Source: Bacillota bacterium (GTDB lineage Bacteria; Bacillota; Clostridia; Clostridiales; Clostridiaceae). From it: a DNA stretch of 64,000 bases. This document shows, piece by piece, positions 39,896 through 50,284 of this stretch. Made by a program: the position numbers and the translations under genes. The notes beneath the pieces were generated by a model that was not told where the DNA came from, ran no database searches, and saw only the letters and a list, made by a program, of their open reading frames with translations. Position 1 is the first letter of the stretch. The number at the start of each line of letters is the position of its first letter. The DNA lies in assembly GCA_023451395.1 (NCBI GenBank), contig JAEXZL010000042.1, forward strand, positions 1,238 through 65,237, written 5' to 3'.

Positions 39896-41262
39896 TGCTA
39901 AGCATTAGAAAAGGTTTAAGTGCTCTGTTGTTAATTTGTTCATTATCAGCAATATTACTTATCACAATCTTTGTAAATATAACTATTAATAAAAAATTTC
40001 ATGAATATATGATAAATACTCAAAATAAAAAATACGAGAGAATAGTTAGCTATTTTCAAGAAATATACAAAAGAGAAGGAAGCTTTAAAGAGAACTCAGG
40101 AATAGAGCTTATCCATGAGGCTTATATGGATAATTATTGTCTAACATTAAAGGATAGTAATAAAAATTACATATGGGGAATGGATCCTCAGGATATTAAA
40201 AGCAGGCTACATTTACAAAACATGCCTAAGGGTGATGGAGGGATTTATAATTCTAAAACCTTTGAAATAAAAGTAAATGATGAAATAGTAGGCTTTGTAG
40301 ATATTGGTCAATATTATCCAGTTCTTTTTTCTCAGGAGGATATGAGTTTTCAAAGGAGTATAAATGAGAGCATAATAGCCAGCGGTTTGGTAGCTTTACT
40401 TATGGTCATAGCTATTAGCCTATACTTTTCTAAAAAATTTTCTGAACCTATTAGAGATGTAGCAAATATGTCCGTGGAGCTGTCAAAGGGTGATTTTAAA
40501 AGACAATCGGATACAATAAGCAGCATAGTAGAGCTGGAAAAGCTAAGAGATAGCGTAAATGTTCTAGCTAATAAGCTAAAGTACCAGGATACACTACGAA
40601 AAAGGCTTATTTCGGATATATCACATGAGCTAAGAACTCCTTTAAATATACTTCAAAATAATTTGGAGGCAATGATAGATGGGGTAATACCTACGGATTT
40701 TGAAAGATTAAGCTACTTAAATGATGAAGTCATAAGATTTGGAGGATTAATAAATAATCTTAACGAGCTCAAAGCCTTTGAAGAAGAAAGTATAAAGCTT
40801 ACTTTTAAAGAGGTTTCCTTGGCAGAAACCCTAAGAGAGCTTACTATGGATTTTTATCCAGAGGCGGAGAGAAAGGGGATTAATTTTCGCCTTAATATTC
40901 CTGCGGAAAAAGAATTTATAGCAATTGGGGATAAGGATAAGCTAAAACAGCTTTTCATTAACCTGCTATCTAATGCAGTTAAGTTTACTCCTTCCGGAGG
41001 CTTTATAGAGGTAAACTTATATAATAAGGAAAATAAAATTTTTGTGGAAATAGAAGATAGTGGTGTAGGAATAAATAAAGAAGATTTGCCTTATGTCTTT
41101 GAAAGGCTCTACAGAGGCGACAAGAGCAGAAATCAGATAGAGGGAAGTGGGCTTGGACTTACTATTGTAAGGAATATTTTGAAGCTTCATCAGGGCACTA
41201 TTGAGGTGGAAAGTGAAGAAGGTAAGGGCAGTAAGTTTATTCTTACCTTTATAAAAAAATAA
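39895..41262 (+). CDS. Sensor histidine kinase (HAMP-HisKA-HATPase)
   Basis: Two TMs, SHELRTPL, NLLSNAVKF, DSGVG, GSGLGL. Confidence 0.95.
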   Translation: MLSIRKGLSALLLICSLSAILLITIFVNITINKKFHEYMINTQNKKYERIVSYFQEIYKREGSFKENSGIELIHEAYMDNYCLTLKDSNKNYIWGMDPQDIKSRLHLQNMPKGDGGIYNSKTFEIKVNDEIVGFVDIGQYYPVLFSQEDMSFQRSINESIIASGLVALLMVIAISLYFSKKFSEPIRDVANMSVELSKGDFKRQSDTISSIVELEKLRDSVNVLANKLKYQDTLRKRLISDISHELRTPLNILQNNLEAMIDGVIPTDFERLSYLNDEVIRFGGLINNLNELKAFEEESIKLTFKEVSLAETLRELTMDFYPEAERKGINFRLNIPAEKEFIAIGDKDKLKQLFINLLSNAVKFTPSGGFIEVNLYNKENKIFVEIEDSGVGINKEDLPYVFERLYRGDKSRNQIEGSGLGLTIVRNILKLHQGTIEVESEEGKGSKFILTFIKK

Positions 41263-41288
41263 AAGGGAGTTATCCCTTTTATTTTTTT
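41255..41288. terminator. Bidirectional terminator
   Basis: AAAAAATAAAAGGGA-GTTA-TCCCTTTTATTTTTT. Confidence 0.7.
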
Positions 41289-43095
41289 ATGGAATGTAGG
41301 TTTCTCTTATTTGTTCTAAGTCAGAAGCCTCTATATTCTCTACTACTTCTAAAATTCCTAAAAGAACGTCATCCTTAAAAACACCGTAAGCACCATTTTT
41401 TTCTGGATTAAATTCCACATCAATAATTTTGTTTTCACCTTTAAAGGAAGCTATAGTTTCTCCGGTAGTTCCATCTTTAATGGTGAAGTTACCCTGAGGA
41501 TAATCAAAGGCATCTAAATCAAAGGTTAAGATTGTATTATCTTTTTTTTCTGAAACAATGATTAAGGGCTTAAGTTCATATCCAAGGCCAAGGAACTTGC
41601 CTCTGTTTATATTATTTTCAGAGTATGTTTTGTTAACAAGGATATCAGTAGCTATTTTACTTATATCATCACCATAAATACTTGGGGAAATGAAGTCCTC
41701 TTCATCAGAGCTGATATGACAGCTAGGAACTTCTCCCTCTGAAGGAATTAAATTATCACTATTAGAGGTGTCTACACCTTCTAGGTTATCAGTAACCTTG
41801 ATTACTCCACGAATCATTCCCATCCAGCAGCTAAAGTTTATATCTTTATCACCGGGAGTAAATTCAATTATTGTTTCTCCGCTGCGGAGCTTCTGTTCTT
41901 TATTTAAAGAGGGGATAACAATGGCGTTATTACAGGAGTTAATTCTTTCTCCCTGTATTATCCATTTTACTGGAATACCTTTTTGCACATAAAAAGCATT
42001 AGGAGTATAACCGCTGCTATTTGCAGTCATGTTAATCACCTGATAGCCATCCCCCATTGTTGCCTTTATAACATTTTCCTTATTATTAGATGAGCGGGTG
42101 TCTCCGGAAATTTTTGACGATATTTTAGATATATAAGCCCTTGGACTAATATCAACTCCAATTAAAGCCAATCCTCTGCTTCCCATAATTATACCAAGGA
42201 TTATTATAAGAACTCCGCTGAACTGTAATAGCTTTTTTGTATATCTTCTACTTAAAAATCCAGCAGCAGCACCAAAGGTTAGCATTAGAGGTACAGTACC
42301 TATGGAAAAGAAGAACATAGATAAAGCACCGCCTATAGCACTACCGGTACCTAGAGCATTAAGCTGCATGGTCTGAAGAGGTCCACAGGGCATAAGTCCA
42401 TTTAAAAGTCCTACTACAAAGGGAGAGGAGGAAGACCTCTTTCTGCAAAGCCCCTTTGGCAGCCTAAGATTAAAACTTCTAAAGAATTTAAAGCCAGCCA
42501 TATTAAAGCCCATAATAAGCATAAATAATGATGCAAATATTTGGAGAGCTGCCTTTGCTTCCAGGGAAAGTGAAAATACTGACCCTATGGCGCCTATAAT
42601 TCCTCCTAGGAAAGTATAAGATATAATTCTTCCTAGATTATATAATAGGGAAGGTTTTAAAGCTTCAGAGTTTTTTGAGCCTTCTATTTTGATGCTTTGA
42701 GAAAGCATTATACCACCACACATGCCTACACAGTGTATTGATGTAAAAACTCCTAAAATAAAGAGAACTCCATAGGAAGCATTAGTTAAATTAGCCTCTA
42801 TGTCAAAGCCTCCGCTATTAAGTCCTAATAATATAACAGTCAAAGCCATTATGAATATACCAATAAATTTAATATTGCCATCGGACTCTGTGCAATAACC
42901 TGCCTTTTTAATTGCTTCTTTAATACTTTCTTTATCAATTTGATCTTCATCATATTCTACTACTGCACTTTCTTTTTTAAAGCTTGCCTTGACGAAACGA
43001 ATACCAGGTAGCTTTTTAATTGACTTTTCTACTATCCCTTCACAGGAAGTACAGGTCATGTGATAGATTTTAATATTTTCTTTTTTATACCCCAT
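41287..43095 (-). CDS. HMA + DsbD_2/TauE-like membrane domain + cupredoxin-like protein (heavy-metal handling)
   Basis: MTCTSC, HCVGMCG, LMPCG, FSCWMGM; GGAGG RBS before ATG 43095. Confidence 0.82.
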   Translation of the reverse strand: MGYKKENIKIYHMTCTSCEGIVEKSIKKLPGIRFVKASFKKESAVVEYDEDQIDKESIKEAIKKAGYCTESDGNIKFIGIFIMALTVILLGLNSGGFDIEANLTNASYGVLFILGVFTSIHCVGMCGGIMLSQSIKIEGSKNSEALKPSLLYNLGRIISYTFLGGIIGAIGSVFSLSLEAKAALQIFASLFMLIMGFNMAGFKFFRSFNLRLPKGLCRKRSSSSPFVVGLLNGLMPCGPLQTMQLNALGTGSAIGGALSMFFFSIGTVPLMLTFGAAAGFLSRRYTKKLLQFSGVLIIILGIIMGSRGLALIGVDISPRAYISKISSKISGDTRSSNNKENVIKATMGDGYQVINMTANSSGYTPNAFYVQKGIPVKWIIQGERINSCNNAIVIPSLNKEQKLRSGETIIEFTPGDKDINFSCWMGMIRGVIKVTDNLEGVDTSNSDNLIPSEGEVPSCHISSDEEDFISPSIYGDDISKIATDILVNKTYSENNINRGKFLGLGYELKPLIIVSEKKDNTILTFDLDAFDYPQGNFTIKDGTTGETIASFKGENKIIDVEFNPEKNGAYGVFKDDVLLGILEVVENIEASDLEQIRETYIP

Positions 43096-43128
43096 TTTTA
43101 CCTCCAAGATAATCCTAATACAAAAGTG

Positions 43129-43162
43129 AGTATATAAAATAGATATGTTGATTTTATGAAGA
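43129..43162 (-). promoter_or_regulatory. Second copy of the candidate response-regulator box and -10 element
   Basis: TCTTCATAAAATCAACATATCT, 6 nt, TATACT. Confidence 0.6.
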
Positions 43163-43260
43163 AATACATTATACTGTTATGTTGCTAAAAAAATTAGAAT
43201 AGGGTATTATTATTGCAGATTAAAACCTTAAAGAATTAGTATAAGGAAGTGCTATAGATT

Positions 43261-44142
43261 ATGATTACAAAAAGAACTAAAGCTCTTGAGTTAATTAAAG
43301 GCAATGAAATGCTTTTTAAATGTCCTGTTTGCAGTGAGAATATATTTATTAATAATGAGAGTTTTATCTGCAAAAAAAATCACAGTTTCGATATAGCAAA
43401 AAAGGGTTATATGAATTTATTAACCTCAAATTATAATTCTTTTTATTCCAAGGAGCTTTTTGAAGCAAGACACAAGATTTGTGAGTCAGGTTTTTACAAA
43501 CCTTTAATTAATAAAATTTCAGAATTAGTAAGTAATGTAATTAATACTAACAAAGAAGATATTAGTATATTAGATGCAGGCTGCGGAGAGGGTTCTCATC
43601 TTTATATGCTTTCACAGTCTTTAGAAAGTAAGGGGGAAATTACTTTTTTGGGAACGGATATATCCAAGGAAAGTATAGGTATAGCAGCTAGAAATAACAG
43701 TAGCATAATATGGTTCGTAGGTGATTTAACTAAGCTACCCCTTAAAGATCATTCTGTAGATATAGTATTAAATATTCTTTCCCCTGCAAACTACCAAGAG
43801 TTTCATAGAATCTTAGAGAAAGATGGCATAATTATTAAGGTAGTTCCTGGGAATAATTATCTTAAAGAGATTAGGGAGAAGATATTTACAGGAGAAGAAG
43901 GGTTAGATTATTCTAATGAAAAAGTAGTAAAGCATCTTGAGGACAACCTAGAGCTTATAGCCTATGAAAATCTAAACTATAGCTTTCCAATAGATAACAA
44001 TCTGTTACCAGAGCTTCTTAAAATGACACCTTTAACCTGGGGCAAGGGTATCGATAATTCAGAGATTATTGAAGGAGAGGCTTTTGATTCTATAACTATT
44101 GATCTAGTTATATTAATAGGAAAAAAGAAGGTTAGTCTTTAA
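43261..44142 (+). CDS. RlmA-like 23S rRNA m1G methyltransferase
   Basis: Zn finger CPVC..C...HSFDIAKKGYMNL, LDAGCGEG, MTP. Confidence 0.8.
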   Translation: MITKRTKALELIKGNEMLFKCPVCSENIFINNESFICKKNHSFDIAKKGYMNLLTSNYNSFYSKELFEARHKICESGFYKPLINKISELVSNVINTNKEDISILDAGCGEGSHLYMLSQSLESKGEITFLGTDISKESIGIAARNNSSIIWFVGDLTKLPLKDHSVDIVLNILSPANYQEFHRILEKDGIIIKVVPGNNYLKEIREKIFTGEEGLDYSNEKVVKHLEDNLELIAYENLNYSFPIDNNLLPELLKMTPLTWGKGIDNSEIIEGEAFDSITIDLVILIGKKKVSL

Positions 44143-44226
44143 TATTTTAATAACTTAAAAAAGGGGGGCAAAACTATTAATTTATAGTCATGCTCCTCTT
44201 TTATTAATGATTCATAGAATTGTAAT

Positions 44227-45561
44227 TTATTCTGCCTTTAAAGCTGCCATGGTAATGAAATTGTATGGCTGATTAAAGTGAGGAAGGAAGAAGATGTCTA
44301 AGAGCTTAAGTTTGTCAATAGTTACCTTCTCTTGTATAGCTAAGGAGAACATATGAATTCCCATGGAAACATCTGCATTAGATACCATCTGTGCTCCTAA
44401 AATCACCCTTGTAGTCTTGTCGTATACTATACGGAGACGTACCTTTTCGTTATTATGCTCCATAAAGGCTGGTTTTTGAAGGTCTTCATATTCAGTGTAG
44501 ATTGCTTCATAACCTAAAGCCTTTGCTCTTTTAAGAGTTAGCCCTGTAGATACCATGTTGAGACCAAAGATACTAATTGCATTTGAACCTTGAACGCCAA
44601 CAGAGGCTAGTGTATTACCACAGGCATTATGACCGGCAACTATTGCAGAACGCACAGCATTTGTTGCAAGAGCAATGTAGTTTGTATCCTGGATAGAATT
44701 ATCATAAACGGTAGCACAGTCACCAATAGCATAAACATCCTTAATACTGGTTTCTTGGTGTTCGTCTACTATATAGGCACCATTTTTAAAGAGCTTAATA
44801 GAATCCTTACCAAGGTCGTTATTTGGTCTGAAGCCTATGGCCATAATTACCATATCCGCATCATAGCTACCTTTGTCAGTTACTACTTTCTCAACTTTTC
44901 CATTACCTGTGAATTCTAAAACCTTCTCTCCAAAGGCTAACTTAATTCCCTGATCTGTAAGATTTTTATCCATAAGAGCAGTAAATTCTTCATCATAATA
45001 ATTGGAAAGACTTGTTTCCATCAAATCTACTAAAGTTACATTTTTATCACTTCTTCTAAAGGCCTCTGCAAGCTCCACTCCAATATAACCTGCCCCAACT
45101 ACTACTATGTTTTTTAAGTCTTTATTCTGGAGCTTCTCTATAACTTCTTGAGCATTTTGATAGAGTTTAACAAGCTGTACATTTTCTAGGTCAATACCTT
45201 GAATTTTAGGAACTATGGGAAGAGAACCTGAGGCTAAAATAAGCTTATCATAGCTTTCTTCAAGTTTCTTTCCATTTTTATCTGTGGCATGGATAACTTT
45301 ATTCACAAAATCTACAGAATCAACCTTTGTTTCAATATGGATAATGGCTCCTTTTTCTTCTAACTTTTCTTTAGAAGAATAAAATAACCCCTGTGGTCCA
45401 CTTATTTGCTTACCAATCCATAGGGCCATACCACAGCCTAAAAAGCTGATATTAGAATTAGCATCAAAGCCAATAACCTCTTGTCCTTTATAATTATCAA
45501 GAATTGTGTTTATTGCTGATGTCCCTGCATGGTTTACGCCTATAACTGCAATTTTACTCAT
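44227..45561 (-). CDS. nox: H2O-forming NADH oxidase
   Basis: [16 protein letters not shown] redox Cys, [25 protein letters not shown]. Confidence 0.9.
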   Translation of the reverse strand: MSKIAVIGVNHAGTSAINTILDNYKGQEVIGFDANSNISFLGCGMALWIGKQISGPQGLFYSSKEKLEEKGAIIHIETKVDSVDFVNKVIHATDKNGKKLEESYDKLILASGSLPIVPKIQGIDLENVQLVKLYQNAQEVIEKLQNKDLKNIVVVGAGYIGVELAEAFRRSDKNVTLVDLMETSLSNYYDEEFTALMDKNLTDQGIKLAFGEKVLEFTGNGKVEKVVTDKGSYDADMVIMAIGFRPNNDLGKDSIKLFKNGAYIVDEHQETSIKDVYAIGDCATVYDNSIQDTNYIALATNAVRSAIVAGHNACGNTLASVGVQGSNAISIFGLNMVSTGLTLKRAKALGYEAIYTEYEDLQKPAFMEHNNEKVRLRIVYDKTTRVILGAQMVSNADVSMGIHMFSLAIQEKVTIDKLKLLDIFFLPHFNQPYNFITMAALKAE

Positions 45562-45718
45562 CTCATTTTCTCCTTATAAATATATTAATTTATCTAAGCA
45601 CTTAAATATTGTTAAAACTTAGATATATATATTAAAGCATAAAACCTTGATAAAATAAAGCTTTAAGGGATAAAAATAAAAAAATACTTTGTAGTTAACT
45701 ATCAAAAAACTGCGTTTA

Positions 45719-45736
45719 TTGTTTAAAATTTAACGA
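45719..45736. promoter_or_regulatory. Candidate Rex box upstream of nox
   Basis: TTGTTTAAAATTTAACGA, 12/14 to TTGTTAA-N4-TTAACAA. Confidence 0.4.
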
Positions 45737-45760
45737 AGATTTAATCCTATGAATACATTG

Positions 45761-46111
45761 TTAAGGCTTAATATAGCTATACCCTTTTTGCTGTTTTTTT
45801 ATTAGTTCCATTACCCCTGAAGGAACAACATGGACAAAATCTGGTAAGCTATTAGGATCAATACCTTTTGCTTGTAAGGAATTATTACAAACAGAAAAGC
45901 TGACACCTTTAGCGGCTAATTCTTTTAAGAGTAGATAGTCCTTTCCTTCTATGGAATCTTGGATATAAAAACTAACGGCATCGGAATTAGCTAGAAGTTC
46001 AATATAAAAGGGCTCGTTATTTAGTTCCTTCAAAAGATTTTTAGTATTAAGCAATGTTAGGTTCCACTTTGACAACTCATCTATATGAAATATCACTCTT
46101 GTTATAATCAT
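45761..46111 (-). CDS. DsrE family protein
   Basis: VIFHIDE, LANSDAV, VCNNSL, VPSGVMEL..QQKGYSYIKP. Confidence 0.85.
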   Translation of the reverse strand: MIITRVIFHIDELSKWNLTLLNTKNLLKELNNEPFYIELLANSDAVSFYIQDSIEGKDYLLLKELAAKGVSFSVCNNSLQAKGIDPNSLPDFVHVVPSGVMELIKKQQKGYSYIKP

Positions 46112-46319
46112 GACAAAACCCTCCGTAAATTTAATATTTATTATAATAAAGAATAGACTAAATATCCTTTGGTAACAAGACTATTTAATAGAAAATAATG
46201 TAATAATATTGTGAATTTTAATTTTATTTATGTATTTTTATTTTTTGAATATATATCAATTTGGTATAATAAGGTTAATTAAATGTACATTTTAAAAGAT
46301 ACAGGGAAGGGGAAGAAAT

Positions 46320-47240
46320 ATGGAGAGGATCATTGAGGTGAAAAATCTCAGAAAAAATTATGGGGAAATAAAGGCAGTGCAAGGTATTGATTTTTACGTT
46401 GAAAAGGGTAAGCTCTTTGCTTTTTTGGGTCCTAATGGTGCGGGTAAGTCTACTACCATTGATATGCTATGTACTCTTCTAAAGCCTGATGATGGAGAAA
46501 TAATTATAGATGGATATGCTGTGGGAGAAGAAGACCATAAGATAAGAGACCAAATAGGTGTTGTATTCCAAGATAGCATTTTAGATGATTTACTAACTGT
46601 TAGGGAGAATCTTATGGTAAGAGGAAGCTTCTACTCCTTAGGTGGAAAAAAGTTAAAGGAAGCTGTGGATAGAGCTGCTATGGCCGCAGGGGTATTAGAA
46701 TTTTTTGACAGACCCTATGGAAAGCTCTCAGGAGGACAAAGGAGAAGGGCTGACATAGCAAGAGCGCTGATTAATACTCCAAAGGTACTTTTTCTAGATG
46801 AGCCGACCACTGGCTTAGATCCTCAAACAAAGGAAAGTGTTTGGAGGACTATAACTGAGCTTCAAGAAAAGCATGATATGACTGTATTTTTAACAACTCA
46901 TTATATGGAGGAGGCAGCAGAAGCTGATTATATTATAATTATTGATTATGGGAAGATTGCAGCTAAGGGGACTCCTTATGAACTAATGGAGAAATACAGC
47001 TCTGATCTCATTAAGATAAAAACATCTCATAAGGAAGAGGTAATAGAGCTTTTAAAAAGTAAAAAGGTTACTTTCTATGAAAAGGGAGAATTGATAATAG
47101 GTGAATTAAAGAGTTCTAAGGGAGCAATAGAAATTCTAAGTAAAGGAGATTCAATAATAGATAGCTTTGAAGTCGTACATGGTACTATGAAGGATGTTTT
47201 TATAAATATTACTGGAAGGGAGATGAGGGAGGATGCTTAA
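46320..47240 (+). CDS. ABC exporter ATP-binding protein
   Basis: GPNGAGKST, LSGGQ, FLDEPTTGLD. Confidence 0.93.
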   Translation: MERIIEVKNLRKNYGEIKAVQGIDFYVEKGKLFAFLGPNGAGKSTTIDMLCTLLKPDDGEIIIDGYAVGEEDHKIRDQIGVVFQDSILDDLLTVRENLMVRGSFYSLGGKKLKEAVDRAAMAAGVLEFFDRPYGKLSGGQRRRADIARALINTPKVLFLDEPTTGLDPQTKESVWRTITELQEKHDMTVFLTTHYMEEAAEADYIIIIDYGKIAAKGTPYELMEKYSSDLIKIKTSHKEEVIELLKSKKVTFYEKGELIIGELKSSKGAIEILSKGDSIIDSFEVVHGTMKDVFINITGREMREDA

Positions 47241-48087
47241 CATTACTATAAGAAATCTTAAAATATTTTTTAGGGAAAAAAGCTCAGTATTCTTTTCTCT
47301 TTTAGGAGTGTTTGTGATAATTGGACTTTATATTTTGTTTTTAGGAGATATGCTTCAACAAGGGATAAGTGATCTACCTGGAGGAAGGTTTTTGATGGAT
47401 AGTTGGATAATGGGGGGACTTTTAGCAGTGACCTCCATAACTACTACTATGGGAGCCTTTGGAACTATGGTGGAGGACAAAAGTAGAAAAATTACAAAGG
47501 ATTTTTATGCTTCCCCTGTAAAAAGGTCTAAGATAGCTGGAGGCTATATATTAAGCTCATATATAATTGGTGTGATTATGAGTGTAATAACCTTTATACT
47601 GGCAGAAATATATATAGTACTAAGTGGCGGTGAACTGCTTTCATATATGGCAATATTAAAGAGTTTAGGCCTTATTTTATTGACAGTTTTCTCATCCACT
47701 TCCTTGGTGCTTTTTATGGTAAGCTTCTTTAATAGTAATAATGCCTTTGCTACTGCCAGTACTGTGCTTGGCACTTTAATTGGCTTTCTTACAGGAATAT
47801 ATATCCCTGTAGGCTCTCTTCCAGAGGGGGTTCAATGGGCAATTAAGCTCTTTCCTCCATCCCATGGAGGAGCTTTGTTTAGGCAGATATTTATGAAGGT
47901 TCCTTTGGGACAAAGTTTTAAAGGAGCGCCAATAGAAGCTAGTGCAGAATTCAACAAAATCATGGGAGTTATATTTGAATATGGAGATTATACTATGGGA
48001 GCTGTAGGACATATATTAGTTCTTGTTGCTACAGGAGTAATCTTTTATTTTTTAGCTTCAATTAACTTAGCTAGAAAAAAATCATAG
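47233..48087 (+). CDS. ABC-2 type permease
   Basis: About six TMs, GFLTGIYIP; overlaps the ATPase stop. Confidence 0.88.
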   Translation: MLNITIRNLKIFFREKSSVFFSLLGVFVIIGLYILFLGDMLQQGISDLPGGRFLMDSWIMGGLLAVTSITTTMGAFGTMVEDKSRKITKDFYASPVKRSKIAGGYILSSYIIGVIMSVITFILAEIYIVLSGGELLSYMAILKSLGLILLTVFSSTSLVLFMVSFFNSNNAFATASTVLGTLIGFLTGIYIPVGSLPEGVQWAIKLFPPSHGGALFRQIFMKVPLGQSFKGAPIEASAEFNKIMGVIFEYGDYTMGAVGHILVLVATGVIFYFLASINLARKKS

Positions 48088-48145
48088 CGAACTTTTAAAA
48101 AGATAATACCTGACAAAGATTAAATTATAAAAGAAGGCGATTTTT

Positions 48146-48595
48146 ATGACTCCTGAAATGTACTGGGATAAATTTATAAAAGAAACAAAAAGGGATGCAA
48201 GTATTAGATATATTGATTGTTTTCATTTTGAGTTGACAGAAGGATTAGCAAATGAGCTTCTAGAGTTAGTGCTTCAAGGAATAAAAAACGCCACTTCCTC
48301 TAGTTTAATAGCATATGAGGTAACTGGTGAAAGAATACCACAAGCAGGTGATTTATCAATAGTGACCAACTGGCGGGGAGAGCCTAAATGTATCATAGAA
48401 ACTACAAGTATTACTATAATTCCTTTTGAAGATATTACCTATGATTTGTGTAAAAGAGAAGGGGAGGACGATGATTTAGAATCCTGGCAAAAAGGGCATA
48501 CTACCTTTTTTAAAAATGAAGGAATTCAGTTAGGATATGAGTTTAGCATAGACATGCCAGTTGTTTTTGAGGATTTTAAGGTGATTTATAAATAA
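48146..48595 (+). CDS. ASCH domain protein
   Basis: LVLQGIKNATSS, GDLSIV, EGE..LESW..H..FF. Confidence 0.88.
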   Translation: MTPEMYWDKFIKETKRDASIRYIDCFHFELTEGLANELLELVLQGIKNATSSSLIAYEVTGERIPQAGDLSIVTNWRGEPKCIIETTSITIIPFEDITYDLCKREGEDDDLESWQKGHTTFFKNEGIQLGYEFSIDMPVVFEDFKVIYK

Positions 48596-48596
48596 A

Positions 48597-48639
48597 AGTT
48601 GGAGCGGTACCATATAGCATTTGATACTGCTCCAACTTT
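48597..48639. terminator. Terminator hairpin between convergent genes
   Basis: AAGTTGGAGCGGTA...TACTGCTCCAACTT. Confidence 0.65.
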
Positions 48640-48644
48640 ATAAA

Positions 48645-49724
48645 CTATCTTTTTTTCTTATTATTCCGTAATTGCTTTGAAATACCTTTGAAGAATTGAG
48701 TTCGTTCTCTAAGATAGCCTTCCTTATCTTCAGTATATTTTGCTTCTTTTTTAAGTTTAAGGTAGCTCTCCCATCGGTCTCTTGACAGGTCACCATTTTC
48801 AATTGCCATTAATACACCGCAGCCTGGTTCACTGCTGTGACTGCAGTTAGAAAATTTGCATTTGGTAAAAAGACTTTCAACTTCAGAAAATGAGTCTTTA
48901 AGGCCTATGGATACATCCCACATACCAAGCTCTCTCATTCCTGGAGTATCAATAATCATAACACCATTTTTTAACATAATAAGTTGCCTGTGAGTTGTGG
49001 TATGACGCCCCTTAGAATCATCTTCACGAATAGAACTTACATTCATAATATTCTCCCCAGCTAGGGCATTGACAAGGCTCGACTTACCAACACCAGAAGA
49101 TCCCATAAACACAATGGTCTTACGAGGTTTTAGATAATCTGAAAGAGCTTCCAAACCATAACCACTTTTAGAGCTTATGGGGAAAACACCTACTCCAATA
49201 GCAACCTTTTCTACTTCCCTAATATCCTCGGAAAAGTCTTCCTTTAAATCTGCTTTCGTTAGAATAACTACTGGAATCCCACCGCTCTGCCAGGCTTCTG
49301 TTATATAACGTTCTATTCTTTTTGGATTAAGATCTTGATTTAAAGAGGTAAGAATAAAAACATAGTCAAAATTAGCTGCCACTGCCTGAAGGCCTTTGCC
49401 TTTATCTGGTGACCGTCTTGTGAAACAGGAGCTTCTCTCCATGGTTTCAGTAATTATTGAATCTCCAGAGCTGTTATATGCAAGCATTACAAAGTCGCCT
49501 ACAGTTGGATAGGCTTCTTGACTATCTTCTTTATAATAGACTCCGCCTTTTAAGCGGGCTGCCACCTCCCCATAGGTGCAAATTACCTCGTATCTATCTC
49601 TGTGCACAGCTGTAACTCTGCCGGGTATATTAAGTGAGCTATCTTCCTGTGGCACTAGGGACTTGTATCCATAGTATTGTAAATCTATTGTATTATTTTT
49701 ATCTTCTACTTTTAAATTGTTCAT
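48645..49724 (-). CDS. rsgA: Ribosome small subunit-dependent GTPase A (long RsgA-type paralog)
   Basis: Circularly permuted GTPase TKAD, GSSGVGKS, GRHTT, DTPG; Zn finger CKFSNCSH..EPGC; GGAGG RBS before MNNLKV. Confidence 0.9.
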   Translation of the reverse strand: MNNLKVEDKNNTIDLQYYGYKSLVPQEDSSLNIPGRVTAVHRDRYEVICTYGEVAARLKGGVYYKEDSQEAYPTVGDFVMLAYNSSGDSIITETMERSSCFTRRSPDKGKGLQAVAANFDYVFILTSLNQDLNPKRIERYITEAWQSGGIPVVILTKADLKEDFSEDIREVEKVAIGVGVFPISSKSGYGLEALSDYLKPRKTIVFMGSSGVGKSSLVNALAGENIMNVSSIREDDSKGRHTTTHRQLIMLKNGVMIIDTPGMRELGMWDVSIGLKDSFSEVESLFTKCKFSNCSHSSEPGCGVLMAIENGDLSRDRWESYLKLKKEAKYTEDKEGYLRERTQFFKGISKQLRNNKKKR

Positions 49725-49812
49725 TTTATCCTCCATTTTTTTGTATTTGTCTCGTTAAATTTATATCCTCAATGGATGGGAGCATAAAATCACTCCTCTC
49801 CTATATTAAATT

Positions 49813-50065
49813 GAATACAGGGAAAGCCCTAAGGAGAGCAAAAAAATACCGCAGAAAGCAGGCCTCTATAGACCTGTTAACTGCGGTATTGTAAATTTTC
49901 GCAACAAAAAAGACACGCCATTTTCGTGTCTGTAATTAACAGTATTGAAGAAGGGCTACTAAAAGGGCACAGAAAGCTAAGGGGTAATTACCTAAGAGCT
50001 TTTCTGCCTGTATTCGGTTTTAAACAGAAACCACCATTCCTGCTGCCATTATACATCTCTCCCTT
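49813..50065 (-). promoter_or_regulatory. Attenuator-like leader with a uORF (MAAGMVVSV, 50049-50020), two terminators and an alternative pairing
   Basis: Terminators at 49906-49931 and 49840-49890, both with T tracts on the minus strand; 49813-49834 and 49991-50015 are imperfect inverted repeats. Confidence 0.65.
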
Positions 50066-50284
50066 CCTGCCTTCTCTTGTAAATAAGTGAAAGCTAAACA
50101 AATATATATTATATTTTAAACTAAGTTTTTCATAATTACAATAAAAATTTGAAAAATGTTGATAATAATGCTAATTCTTTACTTATTTGATCAGTTATTT
50201 TTAAAGTTTCCTTATGATATCATATAATATAAGATAATGTATTGTTAGCAATAATCTTATCCTATAGTAATGGAGGGCTTTATT

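Noticed and set aside
49634..49894. Plus-strand 86 aa ORF
   Set aside because: Antisense to the rsgA start and its structured leader
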